IMG/VR virus record: IMGVR_UViG_3300036715_004471
Span: 382,542-446,541 of that record
DNA length: 64,000 nucleotides
Reading direction: 5' to 3' (one strand)
Below are positions 40,436-47,710 of the stretch, piece by piece; within the stretch, counting starts at the first letter, position 1; the number at the start of each line of letters is the position of its first letter. Position numbers and translations under genes: made by a program. The notes under the pieces were generated by a model. It saw only the letters and a program-made list of their open reading frames with translations, was not told where the DNA came from and made no database searches.

Positions 40436-40583
40436 TATTGACGAGAATTGTAAAGATTCGCTGCGCCCTGCACTTTTGTCTTGCGACCCACTTGTGCTAC
40501 CACTCATGCGAGTCTTTGAGTGGATGGGATTCGATACCCATACCATCGAGCATTTTCTATGTAATCCTTAACGTATTCACTAT
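40436..40583 (-). ncRNA. YrlA-like Y RNA (Ro stem + permuted T/acceptor/D arms)
   Basis: Conserved stem plus ATGGG-TATCGAAT-CCCAT, CCACTCA/TGAGTGG closed acceptor, D-like arm. Confidence 0.75.
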
Positions 40584-40586
40584 CAA

Positions 40587-40740
40587 CAATAAACTGAGAG
40601 GAACAGCTCTGACAATAATAACCCTCTTGCCAGTCAGCGGAGCTCGTTTACGTTTTACTTCAAACACGAACAAATTGAAGGTTTTCGGTAATCCATTTCA
40701 ACCGAGACTGTTTTAACCCATTCCTAATCGCAGCTTACTG
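40587..40740 (-). ncRNA. unknown structured RNA
   Basis: CAGTAAGCTG/CAGTTTATTG and AGGAATGG/CTGTTCCT closing helices with 3 internal hairpins. Confidence 0.45.
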
Positions 40741-40741
40741 C

Positions 40742-40817
40742 TGGCTCCGTGGGTACGATTCGAACGTACATATCATTGGTTAACAGCCAATTTCATTGCC
40801 AGTTATGATACCACGGA
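40742..40817 (-). tRNA. tRNA-Asn(GTT)
   Basis: Loop CTGTTAA, CCA. Confidence 0.87.
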
Positions 40818-40926
40818 ATGATGCCAGCGATATGAGTTTAAGCCCACATTCTATTGTCCCCTATATGGACATACTGACAAAGAAAAGTCAACGAGTATAT
40901 ATATCTAGAATAATAGTCATTGACGT

Positions 40927-41142
40927 CTAGTCTTCAACTTTCATTTCATCGATTATGAGATATCTTCCCTGAGATACCCATAACGTTGATCTGTCTCTGG
41001 TCCAAGGACTTGCATGTGGTAAGTCCTTGCAATCTTGCTCGATATATTCTTCAACGTATTTCTCGGCTGATTCGAAAGATTTGAATGCCTTTTGAATATC
41101 ACTACCTTCGTAATCATAGCCCAAAGATACTAAAAAGATCAT
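40927..41142 (-). CDS. hypothetical protein
   Basis: 71-aa ORF inside tRNA array. Confidence 0.55.
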   Translation of the reverse strand: MIFLVSLGYDYEGSDIQKAFKSFESAEKYVEEYIEQDCKDLPHASPWTRDRSTLWVSQGRYLIIDEMKVED

Positions 41143-41156
41143 AAATCAACTTTCTT

Positions 41157-41232
41157 TGGTCGGGGACACGGGATTTGAACCCACACCACATGATTCCGGA
41201 TCACGTACGCTACCAAGTTACGCCAATCCCCG
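41157..41232 (-). tRNA. tRNA-Pro(CGG)
   Basis: C1:G72, A73; loop TCCGGAA. Confidence 0.8.
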
Positions 41233-41234
41233 AT

Positions 41235-41310
41235 ATCAAAATACGTCAGGAATCGAACCTGAACTGTGGGGTGATTACCCCAATCCTGCCCTTAGACGAC
41301 ATATTTTGAT
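41235..41310 (-). ncRNA. tRNA-like RNA with extended closing stem, 6-nt loop, no CCA
   Basis: ATCAAAATATG/CGTATTTTGAT, TGGGG-TAATCA-CCCCA, TCAGG-TTCGATT-CCTGA. Confidence 0.55.
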
Positions 41311-41386
41311 TGGTCGGGGAACTCAGATTTGAACTGAGACTACATGCTTCCTGAGCACGGATGCTACCAGATTACAACATTCCCCG
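41311..41386 (-). tRNA. tRNA-Pro(AGG)
   Basis: C1:G72, A73; loop TCAGGAA. Confidence 0.78.
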
Positions 41387-41389
41387 ATT

Positions 41390-41465
41390 TTGACGACAAA
41401 ATGAAATAAGTTATTTTGATTCGGTTTATAAGACTGAAATGTAAACCTAATTTCTCATTCGTCAA
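41390..41465 (-). ncRNA. short Y-RNA-like module
   Basis: TTGACG-AATGA..AGG-TTTACAT..ATTTTGT-CGTCAA. Confidence 0.7.
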
Positions 41466-41466
41466 T

Positions 41467-41542
41467 TGGTCGGGAATGCCGGATTTGAACCGACACAAGA
41501 TGATTCCAGATCACCGAGACTACCAAATTATCATAATTCCCG
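41467..41542 (-). tRNA. tRNA-Pro(TGG)
   Basis: Loop TCTGGAA, CCA. Confidence 0.78.
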
Positions 41543-41563
41543 AAAATATAACCCCATGGTTAT

Positions 41564-41648
41564 TGGCGGATCTGGAGAGACTCGAACTCTCGATGGGTTT
41601 CCCCGACTGGTTAAGAGCCAGCTGTTATTGCCACTAAACGACAGATCC
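41564..41648 (-). tRNA. tRNA with Lys anticodon (CTT) and long variable arm
   Basis: GCTGG-CTCTTAA-CCAGT, V-arm GGG-GAAA-CCC, G73-CCA. Confidence 0.82.
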
Positions 41649-41656
41649 ATTCTTAA

Positions 41657-41804
41657 AGACAACAAAAATTGAAAGTTATCACGCCTTTCGGCTTCAACGC
41701 GTTTGCCTTTTCGCCACCACCAACAGTAAGTCGATGGGAGGGACTCGAACCCTCAAACCTTTTCAGATATTGATTTTAATATGTAAACCTTCTGACATTT
41801 GTCT
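41657..41804 (-). ncRNA. YrlA-like Y RNA
   Basis: Conserved stem plus GAGGG-TTCGAGT-CCCTC, CCATCGAC/GTTGGTGG closed acceptor, TGGCGAAAAGGCAAACGC D arm. Confidence 0.8.
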
Positions 41805-41813
41805 AGAAGAAGC

Positions 41814-41889
41814 TGGTCGAGCATATTGGATTTGAACCACCCTACATCGCCCCAAACGACGTGTGCAACCAGGCTACACTTTATGCTCG
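41814..41889 (-). tRNA. tRNA-Pro(TGG)
   Basis: Loop TTTGGGG, CCA. Confidence 0.78.
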
Positions 41890-42236
41890 ATTAATTTTTC
41901 TTCATAATGCTCTATTCTGTGGCAATTTGCACACAGAACTTTACATTTAGAAATCTCATTCATAATCTTTTCTTTAGACTTACCACTTTGTACTAGATTA
42001 GTTACTTCTGTAAGTTTTTGTGTTGGATCTATGTGATGGAAATCTAAAACTCTCCAATCACTAATCTCACATTTGAGTAACTTCCTATACTCTATAAACC
42101 ATTCTCTTTTTTCTTTACGAATACGATATTTCGTGGCTTTATCTTTTTTCTTATAATCTTCTCTGTGCTTATTGTTTTCATACCATTGTCTCCAATAAGC
42201 TCGTCTTTCTTCAACGCTGTTAAATTTCTTAGCCAT
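41874..42236 (-). CDS. HNH endonuclease
   Basis: VLDFHHIDP..EISKCKVLCANCHR; stop inside tRNA-Pro. Confidence 0.85.
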   Translation of the reverse strand: MAKKFNSVEERRAYWRQWYENNKHREDYKKKDKATKYRIRKEKREWFIEYRKLLKCEISDWRVLDFHHIDPTQKLTEVTNLVQSGKSKEKIMNEISKCKVLCANCHRIEHYEEKLIEHKV

Positions 42237-42254
42237 GCTAAGAATATATCAGCT

Positions 42255-42333
42255 TGGTCGGGCATGCTGGATTTGAACCAGCAAAATCTCCTGTACCCAA
42301 AACAGGCGCGATACCAGATTACGCTAATGCCCG
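42255..42333 (-). tRNA. tRNA-Pro(TGG)
   Basis: Loop TTTGGGT, CCA. Confidence 0.88.
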
Positions 42334-42386
42334 ATCTATATTGTTTCATTCCCGCATCAAAAAGCGCAGAAACAATTAAACTGCCT

Positions 42387-42473
42387 TGGTCCCCCATAGT
42401 GGAATCGAACCACATAGCACATAGGCACTCGTTTTACAGACGAGGGATCCTCCCAGGGATCTAGTTACAGGGG
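42387..42473 (-). tRNA. tRNA-Tyr(GTA), atypical C1:G72
   Basis: CTCGT-CTGTAAA-ACGAG, CCA. Confidence 0.75.
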
Positions 42474-42562
42474 ATAATTTCAACTGATTGTGTGGCGCCC
42501 GACATTCAGTAGGAGCACATAATCGCCTGGTGTCCCTACTTATTCAATTGAAGTTAAACTTA

Positions 42563-42619
42563 GCTGACAAAAATTGATAAGTTTTTACAACCCAAATGTA
42601 AACCTATCGAGCATTCAGC
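42563..42619 (-). ncRNA. minimal Y-RNA-like module
   Basis: GCTG-AATGC-TCGATAGG-TTTACAT..CTTATC-AATTTTTGT-CAGC. Confidence 0.7.
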
Positions 42620-42695
42620 TGGAGTCGAAAGTAGGAATCGAACCTACTGTGACAGTTTTGCAGACTGTTCCTCAAAGCCATCGAGGACTTTCGAC
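42620..42695 (-). tRNA. tRNA-Cys(GCA)
   Basis: Loop CTGCAAA, U73-CCA. Confidence 0.85.
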
Positions 42696-42747
42696 TTATC
42701 AAGGCTCTCGCCTTGGTCCAACCACCGAAGTGAATTGGGGGATGTTA

Positions 42748-42809
42748 GACGACAAAAATTGAATAAGATGTTGTTTATCCTAAAATGTAATCCTATTCTA
42801 GCATTCGTC
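42748..42809 (-). ncRNA. minimal Y-RNA-like module
   Basis: GACG-AATGC-TAGAATAGG-ATTACAT..CTTATTC-AATTTTTGT-CGTC. Confidence 0.7.
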
Positions 42810-42810
42810 A

Positions 42811-42884
42811 TGGTTGGGATGTATGGATTCGAACCATAATAAGAAGATTCAAAGTCTTCTGTCCTGCCGTTGAACGACACCCCA
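42811..42884 (-). tRNA. tRNA-Gln(TTG)
   Basis: Loop CTTTGAA, CCA. Confidence 0.92.
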
Positions 42885-42888
42885 ATAA

Positions 42889-43329
42889 TTATCTACCCAA
42901 TCTCCACCAACCAAAATCTTTAGCAGTTTTTCTTCTGTGACAATTTGCGCATCTAACAACACATTTAGATATTTCTAAAGCTATTTTATCTAAGGATGCG
43001 CAATCATTAATCATACTGGAAATGCTGCATTCTTTATTTTCAAGATGATCAAAATCCAAAACAATCAAATCTTTTTCACCACAATCCACACAACCATTTT
43101 TTAGATGTGAAACAATAAAATCTTGTATTAAAGGCTTTAATGTTTCTTTTCTATTATAAATACGTTGTTTTACTTTTTCAGTATTAAGTAAGTAATGTTT
43201 CTTACCATTTTCTAAATTGCACAACTTACAAAGATTTTGTCTTCCATCTTTAGATAATTTCTTTTTGTTAAAATCATCTAGCGATTTTTTATCTTTACAG
43301 ATTGTACAAACTTTGAATTCTTCACTCAT
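42889..43329 (-). CDS. HNH endonuclease
   Basis: CVDCGE..VLDFDH..EISKCVVRCANCHR. Confidence 0.88.
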   Translation of the reverse strand: MSEEFKVCTICKDKKSLDDFNKKKLSKDGRQNLCKLCNLENGKKHYLLNTEKVKQRIYNRKETLKPLIQDFIVSHLKNGCVDCGEKDLIVLDFDHLENKECSISSMINDCASLDKIALEISKCVVRCANCHRRKTAKDFGWWRLGR

Positions 43330-43365
43330 AACTTTGATATCAAAGTATTAGTAGTTTTCAAAGTT

Positions 43366-43437
43366 TGGTTGCGACGGCAAGATTCGAACTTGCGGGGGCT
43401 GGCTTATGAGACCTGCTTGAATCCAATTCTCATCACA
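43366..43437 (-). tRNA. tRNA-Met(CAT), short D arm
   Basis: Loop CTCATAA, CCA. Confidence 0.7.
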
Positions 43438-43441
43438 ATAG

Positions 43442-43530
43442 TGGTTGCAACAGTAAGACATTACCACTTACGGTCTCCCCCAGATGAACGGGAGGCGGGA
43501 GGCGGGATATGTATTCTTCCCTATATTGCA
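43442..43530 (-). pseudogene. degenerate tRNA-Met-like
   Basis: TGCAATA/TGTTGCA-ACCA, TTCAT loop, CGCCTCC duplication, aberrant T-loop. Confidence 0.5.
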
Positions 43531-43608
43531 TGGTTGCGGGGGCTGGAGTCGAACCAACTATTACAAGGCTTATGAGACCTGTGTGATATTCCGTTTCACT
43601 CTCCCACA
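43531..43608 (-). tRNA. tRNA-Met(CAT)
   Basis: Loop CTCATAA, CCA. Confidence 0.85.
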
Positions 43609-43612
43609 ATAT

Positions 43613-43689
43613 TGGGGTGTCGTACGAGTTTCGATCTCGCCTAAGATTGATTCACAGTCAATCGGGGTCACCAGCTCCCTCACGACACC
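43613..43689 (-). tRNA. tRNA-His(GTG)
   Basis: G-1:C73, loop CTGTGAA, CCA. Confidence 0.85.
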
Positions 43690-43785
43690 ATAATATTTAA
43701 AAAAGTACTTCATGAACACCCGCAATTTATAACTGCTCAGTTTGTAACAAGATATCCTTGTTCACCACACCTTTTTTAAATACAG

Positions 43786-43853
43786 CAGGATGGGAGGGAA
43801 TCGAACCCTCTTCCAGAGGGTTGGAGGCTCTGTTGCGCCCTGCACTCCATCCT
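43786..43853 (-). tRNA. tRNA-Trp(CCA), short D arm, no encoded CCA
   Basis: Loop CTCCAAC, canonical T arm. Confidence 0.6.
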
Positions 43854-43908
43854 ATATCGTCTCTCCGATTGTCATGCCTAGATCGATTGATCGGCGGCAT
43901 TCCCTTGA

Positions 43909-43983
43909 TGGTGGGGCAGCTTGGACTTTAACCAAGGACCTCAACTCTTACTGAGTTGCGCTCTTTCGCTGAGCTAATGCCCC
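43909..43983 (-). tRNA. tRNA with aberrant anticodon loop (CAGTAAG); identity unclear
   Basis: Good acceptor and D arms, CCA; no U33; T-loop TTAAAGT. Confidence 0.5.
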
Positions 43984-43987
43984 ATTG

Positions 43988-44059
43988 CACCTCTAGTAGG
44001 ACTCGAACCTACAACATTCGGTTTAGAATACCGACACTCTTCCATTGAGTTATAGAGGC
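43988..44059 (-). tRNA. tRNA-Arg(TCT), no encoded CCA
   Basis: TCGGT-ATTCTAA-ACCGA. Confidence 0.75.
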
Positions 44060-44064
44060 ATATC

Positions 44065-44169
44065 GTATTGACGAATATTGAAGAAATTTTTTCCTGTCAC
44101 CGGACATCACGGAGTCGAACCGTCACGGATTGTTTCCTATACAATGTAATTCCCTCGAGCATTCAATAC
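44065..44169 (-). ncRNA. Y-RNA-like module with T-arm insert
   Basis: GTATTG-AATGC..ATTACAT..ACGG-TTCGACT-CCGT..AATATTCGT-CAATAC. Confidence 0.7.
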
Positions 44170-44258
44170 AAACTTTTTAAAATCTGTGTATCTACTATAT
44201 CATCTTATTGATATGTTGGAACGTTTTTTGTTTTCTTTCGTCGTCCCAGGTGACTCAT

Positions 44259-44286
44259 ACTATAACACCGTTGATGGGACCGTCAA
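44259..44286 (-). promoter_or_regulatory. sigma70-like promoter heading the tRNA/Y-RNA array
   Basis: TTGACG-N16-TATAGT with TGn extended -10. Confidence 0.6.
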
Positions 44287-44392
44287 CATCCGGCTTATTT
44301 TTTTCTTTTTCGTCGGCGTCTCCGCCGCGTCGTTGCATCAACCGCCCGGCGACCGTAGTTGATGGGAGCCGACGGGCGTCCGAAAATTTCAA

Positions 44393-44872
44393 TCAACCTT
44401 TTAGATGAGTGATTTTAGATACCAGTTTTTCTAATTCTTGTTCTGCAAGATATAACTGATACTTCTTATCAGCCTCGACATATTCTGCATATTTGCGCTG
44501 ATACTCTTCTTCTTCTGCATCATGTGCGGCTTGCCAGGCTTGAGCATCTACTTGTGTTCTATGTTCAACAGAAATCCCAACATGAATTATATCCCTATCT
44601 CTTGATAGAGATATAATTATATCTTTGGGGTTTTTGCCTTTAGCTAAATCAAGTAAGTCTTGTAAAGTATACAAGTTAGTATCATAATTCCATGCATGTA
44701 CGCCGGCAGGAAGTTCATCATTATTGCGATAATTATCGTAATCTTCTTCGCTTTCTATCCAACGTTCTATACATTCAGGATGAACATAAGTTTTACTGTC
44801 TAATGTCTCAGACTCATATTCTGGCAAACAAATATATTTACAAGATTTGAATGGTTCTTTAGGTTTTTCCAT
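44393..44872 (-). CDS. hypothetical protein
   Basis: ORF. Confidence 0.65.
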   Translation of the reverse strand: MEKPKEPFKSCKYICLPEYESETLDSKTYVHPECIERWIESEEDYDNYRNNDELPAGVHAWNYDTNLYTLQDLLDLAKGKNPKDIIISLSRDRDIIHVGISVEHRTQVDAQAWQAAHDAEEEEYQRKYAEYVEADKKYQLYLAEQELEKLVSKITHLKG

Positions 44873-44889
44873 GTATACTTTACCAAATC

Positions 44890-45564
44890 TTAAATATCAC
44901 ATTTATGTAAACTAGCAGCAAACTCTTTCAAATCATCTAAACTACCAACAAACACATCACGATCAACATTGCCATGAATACCTGGTACATGAAGTATAGT
45001 ATCACCAGCAGCAGCTTGATCACCACTTCTTTGCCAAAACTTCCAGCTCAAATCTTTCCAAACACTTGGCACATATTTATCCGGATTTTTCGTATAAGCA
45101 GCCAACCATAATGGAAAATGTGACAACCTAGTTATTTCATCCTCGCTTGGATTACCATCATGAGAACTCCAAAATGGTCCGCCAGTATAAACTATTGGAG
45201 TCACTCCAGTTTGAGATTCTACTCTTTCTAGCCATGCAAGATTCCATTGTACAAATGATTCTCCGGCAATTGAAGAAGTTTCTACATCTAAAACTAACAT
45301 GTCTGTTGGATCAAGATCACCTAAAACAGACAAAAAATGATCTGCCTCAGCTACTGGATCATTTTTTAATCTAGCAAAATGATAGGCGCCCCTAACAAAA
45401 CCACGGTCCTTGACCGCCTGCCAATTCTTCTGAAATTGAGGATCAACAAAAGTAACACCTTCAGTAGTCTTACAAAATACATAGTTAACCAATTGGGATG
45501 CGACAACCGTATCCCAATTGATTGTACCTTGAGCACTTGATACATCAATACCTATTAAATCCAT
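44890..45564 (-). CDS. GH25 muramidase (endolysin-like)
   Basis: GIDVS..QG.INW, KTTEG, GAYHF, LDVE, LWLAAY, FWQ, VDRD. Confidence 0.92.
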   Translation of the reverse strand: MDLIGIDVSSAQGTINWDTVVASQLVNYVFCKTTEGVTFVDPQFQKNWQAVKDRGFVRGAYHFARLKNDPVAEADHFLSVLGDLDPTDMLVLDVETSSIAGESFVQWNLAWLERVESQTGVTPIVYTGGPFWSSHDGNPSEDEITRLSHFPLWLAAYTKNPDKYVPSVWKDLSWKFWQRSGDQAAAGDTILHVPGIHGNVDRDVFVGSLDDLKEFAASLHKCDI

Positions 45565-45606
45565 ATCTATTCTCCTTAGAGTAGATACGAATAATTTCAT
45601 AGATTA

Positions 45607-46299
45607 TCAGGGATTAAAAAATCCTGAACCACCACCAACACGGAATCTAGTAGTAGCTGCTGACGATGTAGCATACAGTTTTTTGGTTCCAGCAGAAGTA
45701 GCCTCATATTGCAATGTATTGTCCTTAGCTACCCCTAATGAGGCGCCAGCACCGAAAGCATCAATATTAGCTCCCATGAACACAAATTCCCAATTATACT
45801 TAGATTTTTGATGATCAATCATTTCCTTAATGCGCTCAAGAGGATATTTCAAATCATTAAAACGAGGAACAGATCCGTTCTTATAGAATCCTTTAGAAGG
45901 CATAGCCACGGCACCATCTTTAAGAAGATGGCTAGAATTTTCCTCACCATCAGTAATGATCAAGAATAAAATCTTAGATGGTCTGTCTTCTTCTTTCATA
46001 TTGGATAATTTTTCGCCCAACTTATCAACAGATAAGCCAACAGCATCTAATAATGCAGTTCCTCCAGAAGCTTTATAAGTTTTATTGTTTAATAGTGGAA
46101 CAGAAGCTAGTGGAATATAATCGTGCACGATATCTGGCTTTGTATTGAAAATACAAAGCGAAACCATTGCTTCACCTGGCGCCGCTTGCTGATCTGTAAG
46201 AAATTGGTTCACTCCACCAATAGTATCATTAACTAATGGTGCCATTGAACCACTACCGTCTAGAAGAATATTAATTGAAGTTAAATTTGGTTTTGTCAT
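45607..46299 (-). CDS. vWA domain protein
   Basis: LDGSGSM, GGTALLDA, ITDGEENSS, FMGAN. Confidence 0.88.
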   Translation of the reverse strand: MTKPNLTSINILLDGSGSMAPLVNDTIGGVNQFLTDQQAAPGEAMVSLCIFNTKPDIVHDYIPLASVPLLNNKTYKASGGTALLDAVGLSVDKLGEKLSNMKEEDRPSKILFLIITDGEENSSHLLKDGAVAMPSKGFYKNGSVPRFNDLKYPLERIKEMIDHQKSKYNWEFVFMGANIDAFGAGASLGVAKDNTLQYEATSAGTKKLYATSSAATTRFRVGGGSGFFNP

Positions 46300-46832
46300 A
46301 TTATTCCTTTGTTGTTTGACAGATCTTCTATAGCTTCTGTCATATGGTAATATAAAGTATCTTTTTTGTCAGCGTATGAGTTTTTATCCTGCATCCACTG
46401 TCTTATGATTTTATCTTTTTGTTTTTCAACAGCCTTGAATACCCATTCAGGCGTTTGATAATAATTACAATATTCTTGCAATTCAATTGCTGGTAAAGTA
46501 TATTCAGCTCGTCCCTGAGCCCACATTTTTATCTGTAAGTTGACCGAAGCTTTACAAGTAAGCAATTCAACCAACAACTGAGGCTCCGAACATGAACCAC
46601 ATTTACCTTCACTATCTATTTTGTAAAAACATATCTTGGCATTCTTGCCGGCTTCAGAATAAGTAATATTAAATGGAATTTCTTTTTCTTCTTCATCAAG
46701 CCCGGGTAAATCTCCTGGAAATTGAATACCAAAATCAGATTTAATGTCGGATCCAGAAAAAGTAAAAGTATCTTTTTGAGAGAGATAAAACTGGTAATCT
46801 CTTTCAAACTGTGGACTAAATTTGATTTTCAT
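46296..46832 (-). CDS. hypothetical protein
   Basis: ORF. Confidence 0.6.
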   Translation of the reverse strand: MKIKFSPQFERDYQFYLSQKDTFTFSGSDIKSDFGIQFPGDLPGLDEEEKEIPFNITYSEAGKNAKICFYKIDSEGKCGSCSEPQLLVELLTCKASVNLQIKMWAQGRAEYTLPAIELQEYCNYYQTPEWVFKAVEKQKDKIIRQWMQDKNSYADKKDTLYYHMTEAIEDLSNNKGII

Positions 46833-46875
46833 AATCTAGTTTCTTAATTTCATATCAATAAATACATATATAACT

Positions 46876-47487
46876 ATGAATAGTAGAAAAATAAAAGAAG
46901 ATATTCTTGGTTATAAATTTGGCAAACTTACTGTTTTAGAATTTATTGGCTCCAAAACACGAAACAATAAATACCACAAACTACTTAGATTTTACAAATG
47001 TTTATGCGATTGTGGATCTATCTGTGAAAAATTTGGGACAGATTTGAAATCTGGAACAGTAACAAGTTGTGGTTGTTGGCGTAAAGAAATACAAATAAAA
47101 ATTCATACCGGTCAAATCTCTAAAATGAGATATGCTGCTGGCGCATCAAAAAGAACAGCTAAAGATATTTGGAAAAGTTCTTATTCTGATGGATTGCCTC
47201 TTGATGATTTTTTAATCTTATCACAACTTAATTGTCATTATTGCGGCGTCCCACCATCAAATAAATCTAATAAAATTAATCCTAAATCATGCAGTAAAGA
47301 ATGGTATGATCAAGGTTGGTGGACATACAATGGTTTGGATCGTATTGATAGTTCACAAAATCATAATAAAAACAATGTTGTTCCATGTTGTTGGAAATGT
47401 AATAGAGGCAAAAGCTCTATGACACATGAAGAATTCATGGAATGGATTTCTCTTGTGTACAATCATAATCAGACAAAGAAAACTTAA
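46876..47487 (+). CDS. HNH homing endonuclease
   Basis: KFGKLTV, CLCDCG, SCGC, CHYCG, NGLDRIDS..NVVPCCWKCN. Confidence 0.88.
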   Translation: MNSRKIKEDILGYKFGKLTVLEFIGSKTRNNKYHKLLRFYKCLCDCGSICEKFGTDLKSGTVTSCGCWRKEIQIKIHTGQISKMRYAAGASKRTAKDIWKSSYSDGLPLDDFLILSQLNCHYCGVPPSNKSNKINPKSCSKEWYDQGWWTYNGLDRIDSSQNHNKNNVVPCCWKCNRGKSSMTHEEFMEWISLVYNHNQTKKT

Positions 47488-47710
47488 GTTTATCTTCTCT
47501 TGGAAGAGATTTTATTTTTAACTCTATTCTGAGGGCACAACTTTTGTTATCTACTTCAAAAGATTTGATCAATACAACGGGGAGACGACCTTTTGTATAT
47601 TTGGCGCCTTTTCTTTTGTTATGGGTCTCAATTCTTTTTTCAAGATTGTTCGTAATTCCACAATATAAAGAATCATCAGAACACCTGAGAAGATAAACAA
47701 ACCATTTCAT
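47435..47710 (-). CDS. GIY-YIG nuclease (UPF0213/YhbQ-like)
   Basis: VYLLRCSDDSLYCGITNNLEKR..H...GAKYT. Confidence 0.9.
   Translation of the reverse strand: MKWFVYLLRCSDDSLYCGITNNLEKRIETHNKRKGAKYTKGRLPVVLIKSFEVDNKSCALRIELKIKSLPREDKLKFSLSDYDCTQEKSIP

Noticed and set aside
43988-44059. Possible amber suppressor (CTA) tRNA and TAG recoding
   Set aside because: The 5-bp stem places TCT (Arg) in the anticodon. Long genes are intact in the standard code, and TAG ends ORFs at 12317, 40927 and 41874.
37018-44169. CRISPR array or tRNA introns as explanation for the TTACAT repeats
   Set aside because: Repeats are irregularly spaced, degenerate and bipartite, lie between rather than within tRNAs, and no cas genes are present.
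37217-44408. Short plus-strand ORFs across the tRNA array (37217, 39290, 40356, 41416, 42165, 43369 etc.) and 29276/29281
   Set aside because: Antisense to tRNA, Y-RNA or RNase P genes.
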